Positions 1-9,711 of a stretch of 64,000 nucleotides of DNA are shown piece by piece. The stretch is taken from the IMG/VR virus record IMGVR_UViG_3300038974_000542, positions 1 to 64,000 of that record. One strand, given 5' to 3'. The stretch's first letter is position 1, and each line of letters begins with the position of its first letter. The DNA is from a virus. Taxonomy: Duplodnaviria; Caudoviricetes. Position numbers and translations under genes: made by a program. Under the pieces are notes generated by a model, which was given only the letters and a program-made list of their open reading frames with translations, made no database searches and had not been told where the DNA came from.

Positions 1-255
1 CTACCTTACCTTCTCCACTATTATATCGATAGGGAATTCATAGATATCCCTATCAACAACTTTATCATCTATCCACTCTTCTATCTGATTTGTCAGATCC
101 ACACTATCAGTAGCTGTATAAAGTTCTGATATACTATCTGTATCAAAACAATATGTTACTACATACTGACTTACTTCTGGTTTATTAGTTATAATCAGAA
201 GTAGGATAGATAGTATAATTAATACACTACCTATCCTTAGACCATATCCCTTCAT
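1..255 (-). CDS. Hypothetical protein with N-terminal transmembrane helix
   Basis: 84-aa ORF with hydrophobic IGSVLIILSILLLII; start overlaps the stop of the upstream ORF (TGATG). Confidence 0.6.
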   Translation of the reverse strand: MKGYGLRIGSVLIILSILLLIITNKPEVSQYVVTYCFDTDSISELYTATDSVDLTNQIEEWIDDKVVDRDIYEFPIDIIVEKVR

Positions 256-527
256 CAGAAAGAGTATTTTACATCATTATACCTTACAATGATGTATTTG
301 TGGTAGATACTTCCAGCCTCAGACTCATATTCACCTTTGTCTTTAAGACTTAGGTCTCTTGTCTCTGAAGTTATTGTAGAAGCAAGATCATCGTGTATGA
401 GGACTTCTATCCTCAAGGAGTTTATCCAGCATCTACTCCAGCCAGTCTCTTGACCATCCTCGGTTAATTGAGCCATGAAGTTTAGGTTCTTTACACCTAA
501 AGACTCTTTAATATCATTCATTGTCAT
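255..527 (-). CDS. Hypothetical protein, first gene of the leftward (probably early) block
   Basis: 90-aa ORF with an A-rich leader (aagaaaactATG), transcribed divergently from the late module. Confidence 0.7.
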   Translation of the reverse strand: MTMNDIKESLGVKNLNFMAQLTEDGQETGWSRCWINSLRIEVLIHDDLASTITSETRDLSLKDKGEYESEAGSIYHKYIIVRYNDVKYSF

Positions 528-918
528 AGTTTTCTTAGGCTTAACCCTGTCCTATCAGGGCATTAAGTTAAACTTGATAGATCACCTACACAAATATCAA
601 GTTCAGGTTTGTTGAATATTCTAAGGACAAGTGAGGGCTTGACACTGAGGATGTGTGTCAGAGAAAGAACACACCTTCAGAGGAAGAAGCTTCACCTTCC
701 TTAGAGAAACAACATACCTTATAATATTATCCCCGCCAGAAAATCTGACTTTTCAGTCAATGGGGGGAGGGTATTTTGTTTCCTGAAAACAGGTGGGGGG
801 TTGACAGGGGGACAAAAACACTCTCACATCACCCCCAACTTTTTAAAATTTCCCCAAAAATTTTTTCAAAAACCCACAAAATTATACTTAAATATTTTTC
901 ATATTAAAATTAAAGTGC

Positions 919-926
919 TACATTTG
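919..926 (+). promoter_or_regulatory. Bacteroidota housekeeping-sigma -7 element (TAnnTTTG)
   Basis: TACATTTG 32 nt upstream of the ATG at 959. Confidence 0.65.
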
Positions 927-958
927 CAAGACAAAAGTTTTATATTAATATAAATAGT

Positions 959-1321
959 ATGGGAGTAATAAAAAAAGTTCTCTTAGTACCAAGAGAGAAG
1001 TATTTTATACAGCATTTATCCATTATAAACTCTATGTTGCCTGTAACACTTACTCCAAAAGAGATTGAAGTACTTGGGTCATTTATGTCTCTTACAGGTG
1101 ATATAGCAGAACAAGATAGATTTGGTACAACTTCCAGAAAGATAGTTAAGGAAAGACTTAACCTTTCTGATGGTGGAATAGGTAACTATATAAAGTCTTT
1201 AAAAGAAAAAGGTTTTATATATACAGGTGAAGATGGGAACTTAAGAGTACAAGAGGTACTTGAAGCTGACAAGAATAATCAGAGTTATTTATTTAAAATT
1301 GTAGAAGATGGAAACAGTTGA
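959..1321 (+). CDS. Winged helix-turn-helix DNA-binding protein
   Basis: LTPKEIEVL...IVKERLNLSDGGIGNYIKSLKEKGFI matches a MarR-like wHTH pattern. Confidence 0.7.
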   Translation: MGVIKKVLLVPREKYFIQHLSIINSMLPVTLTPKEIEVLGSFMSLTGDIAEQDRFGTTSRKIVKERLNLSDGGIGNYIKSLKEKGFIYTGEDGNLRVQEVLEADKNNQSYLFKIVEDGNS

Positions 1322-1393
1322 TATTATAAAACAAGATTCAGAAACCTAATAAAAAAATTCCTGCATACATGAAGAATTAAATATAGAGAAGAT

Positions 1394-1717
1394 ATGAGAT
1401 ACTCTGCTGATGAAATATTTAGGGATTTTGTAAAGGAAGGTCTGCCTGAAGAATATAAGGATATTCCAATAGATACTTTAAAAGATGTTTGTTATACACC
1501 TTTCCTCTTCTTAAGAAGAATAATGGATTCTTATGTACTTACGGAAGTTAGATTTAAATATTTTGGAGTTTTCCTGGTATCCCCTAAGAAATGTAAAACG
1601 CTACTTGAAAGAGCAGAATTTAGACTTGCCAAAGGATACATAACTGAAGAGGAGTACTATAAGACAAAAACAATGGTTGAAAATTATTTTGAATCAATTA
1701 GAAAAAATGAAGAGTAA
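1394..1717 (+). CDS. HU/IHF-like DNA-binding protein
   Basis: EVRFKYFGVFLV resembles the HU/IHF V-x-L-x-x-FG-x-F motif; such genes are typical of crAss-like head modules. Confidence 0.65.
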   Translation: MRYSADEIFRDFVKEGLPEEYKDIPIDTLKDVCYTPFLFLRRIMDSYVLTEVRFKYFGVFLVSPKKCKTLLERAEFRLAKGYITEEEYYKTKTMVENYFESIRKNEE

Positions 1718-1994
1718 AATAACTGTAAAGAATATAATATCTTATGTTCAAGGTAATGTAAGATATAAATTGTATTATAGTAGATTTAGATTTTTAATTA
1801 GAGAACATATTAGAGAGCAGTATGAATACAGGATTAGAGTGATGAAGAAAGAATGCTATGAGTCTGGTAACTGTGTAATATGTGGCTGTAAGACAACAAA
1901 TCTGCAATTTGCAAATAAGTCTTGTGATGGGAATTGTTACCCGAGAATGATGAGTAAGAAGGAATGGAATAAATCTTTTCTACGTTATGAGTAA
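1677..1994 (+). CDS. Cys-rich putative Zn-finger protein
   Basis: CYESGNCVICGC...KSCDGNCYP; the true start may be the internal Met (MKSKITV). Confidence 0.65.
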   Translation: MKIILNQLEKMKSKITVKNIISYVQGNVRYKLYYSRFRFLIREHIREQYEYRIRVMKKECYESGNCVICGCKTTNLQFANKSCDGNCYPRMMSKKEWNKSFLRYE

Positions 1995-2283
1995 CTTTGA
2001 GAAAAATATTATAGATCTTGGTGAGGTACTTGAAAAAACTACTATAAAAGCAGATTTTAAAGTAGTCTCTAATAGGGATATTATCAAAGTTGAAACTTCC
2101 TGTGGTTGTACACCTGCAACATTTAATAAAAAGAATGTAATAATCAGTTATAGAACAGGATATATTCCTGTACATTTACAATCAATTGGTAAATCGGAGA
2201 TTGCTAAATTTGCAGATGTATTTTTTAATGATCTTACTTCAGAGAGAATCTATTTAAAAGCAACTTTAATTAAAAGAAGATGA
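1987..2283 (+). CDS. DUF1573-like Ig-fold protein
   Basis: IIKVETSCGCTPA motif characteristic of Bacteroidota DUF1573. Confidence 0.65.
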   Translation: MSNFEKNIIDLGEVLEKTTIKADFKVVSNRDIIKVETSCGCTPATFNKKNVIISYRTGYIPVHLQSIGKSEIAKFADVFFNDLTSERIYLKATLIKRR

Positions 2284-2876
2284 TTAATAGAAAAAAATTT
2301 TATGACTGTATAAGAGAGGAATTATTTAATGGAAGACTTTCACAACTTCAAGTAGATGGTATAGAGGCTATTCTCAATAAATGGGAAAAGTCTGGATATA
2401 CAGATATTAGATGGTTGGCTTATATGTTAGGTACAACATACCATGAGACTAACAAGGTAATGTATCCTATTGAAGAATATGGGAAAGGAAGAGGGAAAAG
2501 ATATGGTACTAAAACAAGGTATGATGGTCAAAAATACTTTTATCCAGATAAATTATACTATGGACGTGGTCAAATACAACTTACATATTATGATAATTAT
2601 CTTCTAATGGGCAAGTTATTGAATCTCCCATTACTTGAACAACCTGAGTTAGCTCTTGTTCCTGAAATTTCTGCTGACATAATGTTTGAAGGTATGACAA
2701 GAGGAATATCTAATAGAGGAGATTTCACTGGTGTTTCTTTAGAAAAGTTTTTTAATGACAATACGGAGGATTGGATAAATGCTCGTAAGGTTATTAATGG
2801 TCTTGATAAAGCAGAAGTTATAGCTTCTTATGGAAAAAGATTTTTAAAATGTTTACAACATGGCATATCTATTTAA
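2280..2876 (+). CDS. Endolysin, glycoside hydrolase family 19 (lysozyme/chitinase-like)
   Basis: WLAYMLGTTYHET, IEEYGKG, YYGRGQIQLT, NARKVING motifs. Confidence 0.88.
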   Translation: MINRKKFYDCIREELFNGRLSQLQVDGIEAILNKWEKSGYTDIRWLAYMLGTTYHETNKVMYPIEEYGKGRGKRYGTKTRYDGQKYFYPDKLYYGRGQIQLTYYDNYLLMGKLLNLPLLEQPELALVPEISADIMFEGMTRGISNRGDFTGVSLEKFFNDNTEDWINARKVINGLDKAEVIASYGKRFLKCLQHGISI

Positions 2877-3450
2877 AGTGGAAGATGGGGTAGTTAAACC
2901 TACTGATGAAGCATTACAGGTTTCACCTTTTAGTGATATATGGAATAGAGATAATTCTCCACATAAGGAAGTAGCTCTACAAGAATTTACTTACATTGAG
3001 TTTATGACATCAGCTTTAAAGACTAATCCTTATAGAAATTATAATAAAGATAGAAAAGAAGAAGTTATAAGAGAGAATGTATTTAAAAATAATCCTACTT
3101 GGAGACCTGATAATTTAATTCAGGAAGGTATAAACAAAGTAATAGAATTACAAACTGAAGGTTCTGATAAATACACATTATACCTTTCAGCTATTAATGC
3201 AAAGAATAAGTTACAAGATTTCTTTAATACCTTTAATATGAATAAGGTTAATAAAAAAACAGGTGCTCCAATATTTAAACCTAAAGATATCACATCTGCT
3301 TTGCAAGATTTGGATAAAACTATCATATCTCTTGATAGTCTTGAGAAAAAGGTAGAAGAAGATTTATTCCAAAATGTAAAAATTAAGGGTCAGAAAGAGA
3401 TTAGTCCTTTTGCTGACCCAAATATTTTATTAGGAATTAAAAATAAGTAA
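2860..3450 (+). CDS. Hypothetical head-module protein (candidate terminase small subunit)
   Basis: 196-aa helical protein two genes upstream of TerL; the function is inferred from position only. Confidence 0.5.
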   Translation: MAYLFKVEDGVVKPTDEALQVSPFSDIWNRDNSPHKEVALQEFTYIEFMTSALKTNPYRNYNKDRKEEVIRENVFKNNPTWRPDNLIQEGINKVIELQTEGSDKYTLYLSAINAKNKLQDFFNTFNMNKVNKKTGAPIFKPKDITSALQDLDKTIISLDSLEKKVEEDLFQNVKIKGQKEISPFADPNILLGIKNK

Positions 3451-3473
3451 TCACACATTTAAAAATTAAAGCT

Positions 3474-3896
3474 ATGCTAAAGAATAATATTATAGAGTTA
3501 CTGAAAGATGAAAATTCAGAGAATCCAGGGAATAATGGACTTAGTGGTTTAGTAGAGATTTTGTTTAAAGCTCAAACTGATACTCATATTACACATCTTC
3601 TTCAAAGAAAGAAATTACTACGTGAGCATAATGCAATGGCAGACTTTTACACAGAAATAGAAGATTTAATTGATAGTTTTGCTGAGACTGCAATGGCACA
3701 TGATTTAATAAGTAATCTTAGTGTACCTGCATCCTCTGAAATTATGGATACTGTTAAATACTTTGAGAATCTGTATATGAAAGTAGAAACTTATAGATCT
3801 CAAGTAAACTCTTATCCTTTCTTGATTAGTAAAATAGATGAAATTCAAGAACTTATCTCACAAGTACTTTATAGATTAAAGTATATTCAAAGCTAA
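3474..3896 (+). CDS. Ferritin/Dps-like four-helix bundle protein (DUF5856-like)
   Basis: THITHLLQ...EHNAMADFYTEIEDLIDSFAET...IDEIQELISQVLYRL pattern of His/Glu/Asp ligands. Confidence 0.65.
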   Translation: MLKNNIIELLKDENSENPGNNGLSGLVEILFKAQTDTHITHLLQRKKLLREHNAMADFYTEIEDLIDSFAETAMAHDLISNLSVPASSEIMDTVKYFENLYMKVETYRSQVNSYPFLISKIDEIQELISQVLYRLKYIQS

Positions 3897-3912
3897 CTAT
3901 AAATTTATAAGT

Positions 3913-6063
3913 ATGTCATCTATAAGAAATAAGGATGGGATTTGGATAAATACAAGTGTCTTTACTGAAGAAGCAGAGCACTTTAGAAAATATGGCTACT
4001 ATTGTCCTGATCCACATGGTAGTCCAGCTTGGACTGATTACTGGGAAGAACAAACAAGAAGAATCATATTTGGATATGAATCTGGTGGTGCAAGAATTAC
4101 TGGAGATCATTACTTCTATCTAAATTTCTGTCCTATTCTTAAAACTAATGATGTAAGTAAAAATAAAAAGAGAGCCAAAAAAGAAATAGATTTTCCTGAT
4201 TTCTGGGATGGAGATTATGAATTCTTCTGGTCCAGAGCTATTGCAAGAGATGGTGTTATTGAGTTACTTATGGAGGATACAACAGTATATGATACACTTA
4301 ATCCTGAGCAACAGCAAAAAAGAAAAGAGTTACTTTTAGACTCTCTTCACATGCATAATAAGATTAGTAAGGATAGTCTTGACGGGGGTTTCAATATGAT
4401 TATTGGAAAATCTCGTCGTAAAGGGTATTCATATAAGAATAGTGCTATTGGTGTAAAGAACTATATTACAGTACCTGAATCTCTTACAATATATGGTGCT
4501 TATGAAAAGAAGTTTCTTTATCCTAAGGGTACTTTCACAATGTGTAAGAACTATATAAATTTCCTTAATGATAACACAGCTTGGGCAATGCCTTCAGATT
4601 ATATTGATAGAACTGATCATATAAAAGCAAGTTATACTGAATATAAAAATGGTATTGAACTAGAGAAAGGTTTCCGTTCTGAAATTATGGCTTTAACTTT
4701 CAAAGATAATCCTGATGCTGCTCGTGGTAAGGATGCTGTAGATATATTCTTTGAAGAAGCAGGTGCTTTTGGTACTCCTGGTCTTCTCTTGGATAGTTAT
4801 GCTGCAAGTGAAGATTGTGTTAAGGATGGTGACATTAAGACTGGTATGATTACTATCTTCGGAACTAGTGGTGACGTCTCTGGGGGTACTGCTGATTATG
4901 CTCATATGTATTTCCATCCTGAAAAATATGGTTTATTACCTTTTGAGGATATTTGGGAAGAAGGGGATACATATGAAAAGAGAGTAGGTTTCTTTCACCC
5001 TGTACATCTTAATATGAATGGATTTATAGATGAACAGGGGAATTCCGATTTGGAAGGGGCTAAGAAGAGTGTAATAGAGAGTAGGGAATATCTTATAAGT
5101 AAAGGTGCAAATACAGCAGATATGCAAAGGAAATCACAGGAAAAACCTTTAACACCTTCAGAAGCATTCTCATACACCAACATTAATGTCTTTCCAAGAA
5201 AGGAACTTGAAGCAAGAAAGTTATATCTGATAGCTAAAGGTTATGATAAACTTAAAGCTCAGCCTGTAAATCTCTTTAGAGATCCTGACACTCATAGAGT
5301 TGTATCTCATCCAGATTTAACTGGAAAGTTACAACCTATAACTTCAATGAATTATGAAGGTATCTCTATTGAAGGTGCTCCTGTAATTTATGAATATCCA
5401 ATACCTAATGCTCCAAAAGGTTTATATAAGATAGGTTATGACCCTGTTAGACAGGATATAGGTACTTCTTTAGCTGCCATTATAGTATATAAAGGTGTTA
5501 TGCAGGGTGAATATACAAAGAATTGCATAGTAGCTGAGTATATAGGAAGAAAACCTAATCCAGATGATAATCATCTTGTCGCAGAACTGTTTGCAGAACT
5601 TTATAATACTCAAATAATGTATGAGAATGAGGTCCCTGATGTCAAGACATATTTTACAAGAAGAAAGCTGTTACATCTATTAGCTTTACAACCAGATACT
5701 GTTATTAATAAGAGTATAAAGAAATCTACTGTAGCTAGAGTATATGGAAGTCATATGACACCTCAACTTAAAGATGCTGGAGAGAGATACATTAATAGTT
5801 GGTTAAAAGAAGTCCAAGATTTTGATGAAAATAACCAACCTATTACTACAATTGATAGAATAAATTCTCTAAGATTAATTGAGGAGTTATTGCTATATAA
5901 TAAGAAAGGTAATTTTGACTTGATATCTGCTCTTATTATGTGTATGTTTCAAGTACAAGAAGAGATATTAGGGAAAGAATACTCTGAAAAAACAACTAAT
6001 AGAAGTTCAGACAAACTACTTTCTATGATGAGAAGTATGTATAAAAATAGTGCAGTATATTAA
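3913..6063 (+). CDS. terL: Terminase large subunit
   Basis: Walker A-like GKSRRKGYSY, Walker B IFFEEAG, FGTSG coupling motif, RNase H-like IGYDP and terminal FDLISA. Confidence 0.95.
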   Translation: MSSIRNKDGIWINTSVFTEEAEHFRKYGYYCPDPHGSPAWTDYWEEQTRRIIFGYESGGARITGDHYFYLNFCPILKTNDVSKNKKRAKKEIDFPDFWDGDYEFFWSRAIARDGVIELLMEDTTVYDTLNPEQQQKRKELLLDSLHMHNKISKDSLDGGFNMIIGKSRRKGYSYKNSAIGVKNYITVPESLTIYGAYEKKFLYPKGTFTMCKNYINFLNDNTAWAMPSDYIDRTDHIKASYTEYKNGIELEKGFRSEIMALTFKDNPDAARGKDAVDIFFEEAGAFGTPGLLLDSYAASEDCVKDGDIKTGMITIFGTSGDVSGGTADYAHMYFHPEKYGLLPFEDIWEEGDTYEKRVGFFHPVHLNMNGFIDEQGNSDLEGAKKSVIESREYLISKGANTADMQRKSQEKPLTPSEAFSYTNINVFPRKELEARKLYLIAKGYDKLKAQPVNLFRDPDTHRVVSHPDLTGKLQPITSMNYEGISIEGAPVIYEYPIPNAPKGLYKIGYDPVRQDIGTSLAAIIVYKGVMQGEYTKNCIVAEYIGRKPNPDDNHLVAELFAELYNTQIMYENEVPDVKTYFTRRKLLHLLALQPDTVINKSIKKSTVARVYGSHMTPQLKDAGERYINSWLKEVQDFDENNQPITTIDRINSLRLIEELLLYNKKGNFDLISALIMCMFQVQEEILGKEYSEKTTNRSSDKLLSMMRSMYKNSAVY

Positions 6064-6072
6064 TTATTTAAT

Positions 6073-6080
6073 TATATTTG
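6073..6080 (+). promoter_or_regulatory. TAnnTTTG -7 promoter element upstream of portal
   Basis: TATATTTG 15 nt upstream of the portal ATG. Confidence 0.65.
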
Positions 6081-6095
6081 TAAAAAACACTAAGT

Positions 6096-8507
6096 ATGGA
6101 TTCAAGAGAGATATTTACTAGGCAAAGAATCTCCAGAAAAGAAAAAGAAGCAAATGACTTTCAATGGTACAAAGACAAGATAATAAAACTTGATTCTTTT
6201 TCAAATAGAACTGTATATGGTTTTGGTGGAGTATCGGAATACCATAGAATGAAGGTAAACTATGATCTATTCAATAATATTCTTGATGTAAGAGATTTTG
6301 AGTATGTAGTAAAACCTTTTGGAGCTGAATCTGGTGAACTTCCAGCTAAGATGGTAAATAGAGATATCTTATCTAATAAGATAAAAGCCATTCTTGGAAT
6401 GGAACAAAAAAGAGGTTTTGATTATAGAGTGTATGCAGTAAATGCTGATGCTACTACAAGAAGAGAACAGGAAGAATTTGGCAGACTCAGAGATTTTGTA
6501 GTAAATACTATAACAATGCCTATTAAACAACAGCTTGAAATTGAAGCTCAACAGAGAACGAAAGGTCAAGAACTTACTGAGGAAGAAAAACAGCAAATAC
6601 AGGCTGAAATTGCAGAAAAATTTAAAGCGATGACACCAGAGGAAGTTAAGCTTTATATGGAGAGAGAACATCAGGACCCTGCTGAAGCAATGTGTTCCCA
6701 GTTATTGACTTACCTTATACAAAAGACAAGAGCTAAAAGAAAATTCAATGAAGGTTGTAAACATGCTGCAATATCAGCTAAGGAAATATATTGGGTTGGG
6801 GAAGTAAATGGAGAACCAGAACTCAGAGTTTGCAATCCTTTGAGATTTAACTATGATAAATCTCCTGACCTTGAATTTATTGAAGACGGAGAATGGGCTA
6901 CTTATGAGTATAGAATGTCACCTTCAGAAGTAATAGCATTTTTTGGGGATGAACTGAGTGATGCTGAAATAGACTCAATTTATACAGAGTATGCTTCTTA
7001 TATTCAAGATCCAAATAACTATGATTTATTTGACTTCTCAAGACAGTACAATAAGGAAGAAAAACAGACTGTAAGAGTATTTCATGCTACATGGAGATCA
7101 TTAAGAGAGATTAAATTTCTAACCTATATAGATGAGAATGGTGAAACACAAGAAACTATTGTGGATGAATCCTATACTATTAATAAACAGGCTGGAGATA
7201 TCAGTTTAGTATCTAAGTGGATTCCTGAAGTATATGAAGGTTATAAGATAGGTGCAAGTATCTTTAAAAAACTTAGACCTATACCAGGGCAGTTTAGAGA
7301 TATGGATAATTTATATTACTCACCATTACCTTACAAAGGTGCTATTTATGACGCTACAAACAGTCTTCCTACATCTCTAATGGATAGGGGTAAGGTATGG
7401 CAATATTATCTCAATATTATATATTATAGAATCGAACTTCTATTGGCATCAGATAAGGGTAAAAAAGTATTGATGAATATCAATGCTATACCCGATAGCT
7501 CTGGTATAGATATTGAGAAATTTCAATACTTCTTTGAAAGTACACCTTTTGGATGGTTTAATCCTAATGAGGAAGGTATGACTTATTCAGATGTAAATAC
7601 TATTGCCAAAGTCATTGATCTTTCCTTGGGCACAAATATACAACAGTATCTTTTACTTGCTGAAAGAATGAAGATTGAATGTGGTAATTCTATGGGTATT
7701 ACTCCACAAGTAGAAGGTCAAATTGCACCATCGGAAGCTGTAGGGAATACTCAACAGAGTCTTGTACAGAATAGCTATATTCTTGAAACCTTCTTCAGTT
7801 TGCATAATATAGTCAGAGCTAACGTTTTAAGAGGATTACTTGAAGTTGCAAAGGTTTGCTATTCTGAAAGTAAACCTAGAAAACTTAGTTATACTTTGGA
7901 TGATATGTCTTTAAAGACTCTTGATTTAGATACTGCACTACTTGATAATACTACTTTAGGATTATTTATTGATGATGGTGGTAAGGCTAAGGAAATTAAA
8001 GATATGATTACTGCTCTTGCACAATCTGCTATTCAGAACAATCAAGCTAAAATATCTGATATTATTGCTATTCTTAAGCAAGATAGTATTTCAGTTGCTG
8101 AAGATATTCTTAGGAAATCAAGTAAAGAATTACAGGAAGATGCTTTAGCAGCTCAAAAATCTCAGCAAGAAAGCAATGAGAGAATTGAACAAATTAAGAG
8201 TGCAAATGAAGAGAGGAAGAGACAACATGAAAAAGAGATGATTATTCTTAAGGAAGAGGAAAGACGAAAGACAGTTATTGCACAAACTGCTTTAACAGGT
8301 GCTTCATTTAATCCTGAACAAGATACAGACAAAGATGGTATTAATGACTTTGTTGAAATAGCAAGATATGGATTAGATGCTGAAATTAAAAGAAAAGAAC
8401 TTGATATTAGAGAAAAAGAAAGAATTGATAATAAAGAGATAAATAATAAGAAAATTGAACTTGAAAAGAAGAAAATTTTACAAGCAAATAAAAAAGTTTC
8501 TAAATAG
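6096..8507 (+). CDS. Portal protein
   Basis: 803 aa directly after TerL, with crAss-type features (NYDLFN, coiled-coil C-terminus, DTDKDGINDFVE). Confidence 0.88.
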   Translation: MDSREIFTRQRISRKEKEANDFQWYKDKIIKLDSFSNRTVYGFGGVSEYHRMKVNYDLFNNILDVRDFEYVVKPFGAESGELPAKMVNRDILSNKIKAILGMEQKRGFDYRVYAVNADATTRREQEEFGRLRDFVVNTITMPIKQQLEIEAQQRTKGQELTEEEKQQIQAEIAEKFKAMTPEEVKLYMEREHQDPAEAMCSQLLTYLIQKTRAKRKFNEGCKHAAISAKEIYWVGEVNGEPELRVCNPLRFNYDKSPDLEFIEDGEWATYEYRMSPSEVIAFFGDELSDAEIDSIYTEYASYIQDPNNYDLFDFSRQYNKEEKQTVRVFHATWRSLREIKFLTYIDENGETQETIVDESYTINKQAGDISLVSKWIPEVYEGYKIGASIFKKLRPIPGQFRDMDNLYYSPLPYKGAIYDATNSLPTSLMDRGKVWQYYLNIIYYRIELLLASDKGKKVLMNINAIPDSSGIDIEKFQYFFESTPFGWFNPNEEGMTYSDVNTIAKVIDLSLGTNIQQYLLLAERMKIECGNSMGITPQVEGQIAPSEAVGNTQQSLVQNSYILETFFSLHNIVRANVLRGLLEVAKVCYSESKPRKLSYTLDDMSLKTLDLDTALLDNTTLGLFIDDGGKAKEIKDMITALAQSAIQNNQAKISDIIAILKQDSISVAEDILRKSSKELQEDALAAQKSQQESNERIEQIKSANEERKRQHEKEMIILKEEERRKTVIAQTALTGASFNPEQDTDKDGINDFVEIARYGLDAEIKRKELDIREKERIDNKEINNKKIELEKKKILQANKKVSK

Positions 8508-8574
8508 CTTTAATCTAAAAGAGCTATTATAAGAAACTTAATTTTTGATATTTAGAAAACTTAATTTTTATACT

Positions 8575-8582
8575 TAAATTTG
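8575..8582 (+). promoter_or_regulatory. TAnnTTTG -7 element preceded by an AAACTTAATTTTT direct repeat
   Basis: TAAATTTG 8 nt before the ATG at 8591; two copies of aaacttaattttt lie within about 8534-8570. Confidence 0.65.
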
Positions 8583-8590
8583 TAACAGTT

Positions 8591-9685
8591 ATGAATGAAG
8601 AAAGAACAAATCAGTTTGATAACTTCAATTGGGATTCAGAAATTTCAGAAGTTGATTTCTTTGGTGAAGTAGAGGAAGTAGCACCTGTAAAAGAAAAAAA
8701 GGAAGAAACAGTTGAAGAAGTAAATATAAAAGAAGCTGAGACTCAAGAAGAGGAAAATCTTTTTGAGGATTTTAAAGAAGAAGAGAAGGTCTTAAAAGAA
8801 GTTGAAGATGAGGAAACAAAAGAGACAAATTCAAAATTGTCTTCCAATGATATTAGAAACTCACTTCAATACCTAATTCAACAAGGTGTTGTTGAAGAAG
8901 AAGAACTTCCAGAAGATGTTGATGAAGATTATTTAGTAGATACTATTAATAAAACTGTTGAAAGACAATTTGAAGAAAGTATTCAAAGTTTACCAGAGGA
9001 AGTTAAAAACATTATTAAATATGTTCATAATGGAGGTAAACTAAAAGATATTATAGATACTTACTCAGAAACTTTCGAAATTGATGAGAACATAGATATG
9101 TCTGATACTAAGAATCAGGAGAAGGTTCTCAAGTATCTTATGATGGAAGATGGGGAAGAGGATGAGGAATTGATAGATGCTAATATAGAATTCTTAAAAG
9201 AATCTGGAAAGTTAGCTTCTATCTCTCAAAAGAAGTTTGATAAGTGGAAAGAGGAAAGAGAAGAATATACTAGAAGACAAATTGAGGAACAACAAAAACA
9301 AAAACAACTTGCAAGAGAAAATCAGATTAAGTTCAAGAGAGATCTTAATGAAATTCTTTCCAAAAATAATGAAATAAAAGGCTTAAATATATCTGCAAAA
9401 GAGGCTAAGGATTTACCATCATATATAAGTGATAATTCTATAAAGCTTCAGGATGGAAGAACAATAAGTCCCTTCTACAAAGACTTATTTGAAGCTCTAA
9501 AGGATCAAGAGAAAATTATTGCTCTGGCTAAAATTTTAAAAAATGACTTTGATTTCAGTGATCTTAAAAAAGGTATTGTAACAAAATCAACCAGAGAAAT
9601 AAAAAAAGATATAGAAAGACAAGAAAAGAAATCACCTCAAGAAAGAAGCTCACAAAATAAAAAAAGGTTGATTGACTATCTTTGA
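8591..9685 (+). CDS. Acidic protein upstream of MCP, probable scaffolding protein
   Basis: Very Glu/Asp-rich coiled coil located between portal and MCP. Confidence 0.65.
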   Translation: MNEERTNQFDNFNWDSEISEVDFFGEVEEVAPVKEKKEETVEEVNIKEAETQEEENLFEDFKEEEKVLKEVEDEETKETNSKLSSNDIRNSLQYLIQQGVVEEEELPEDVDEDYLVDTINKTVERQFEESIQSLPEEVKNIIKYVHNGGKLKDIIDTYSETFEIDENIDMSDTKNQEKVLKYLMMEDGEEDEELIDANIEFLKESGKLASISQKKFDKWKEEREEYTRRQIEEQQKQKQLARENQIKFKRDLNEILSKNNEIKGLNISAKEAKDLPSYISDNSIKLQDGRTISPFYKDLFEALKDQEKIIALAKILKNDFDFSDLKKGIVTKSTREIKKDIERQEKKSPQERSSQNKKRLIDYL

Positions 9686-9711
9686 GACTAACTTAATAAA
9701 TAACAAAAACT

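Noticed and set aside
1308-1349. 13-codon ORF METVDIIKQDSET overlapping the wHTH stop
   Set aside because: Too short, with no supporting evidence.
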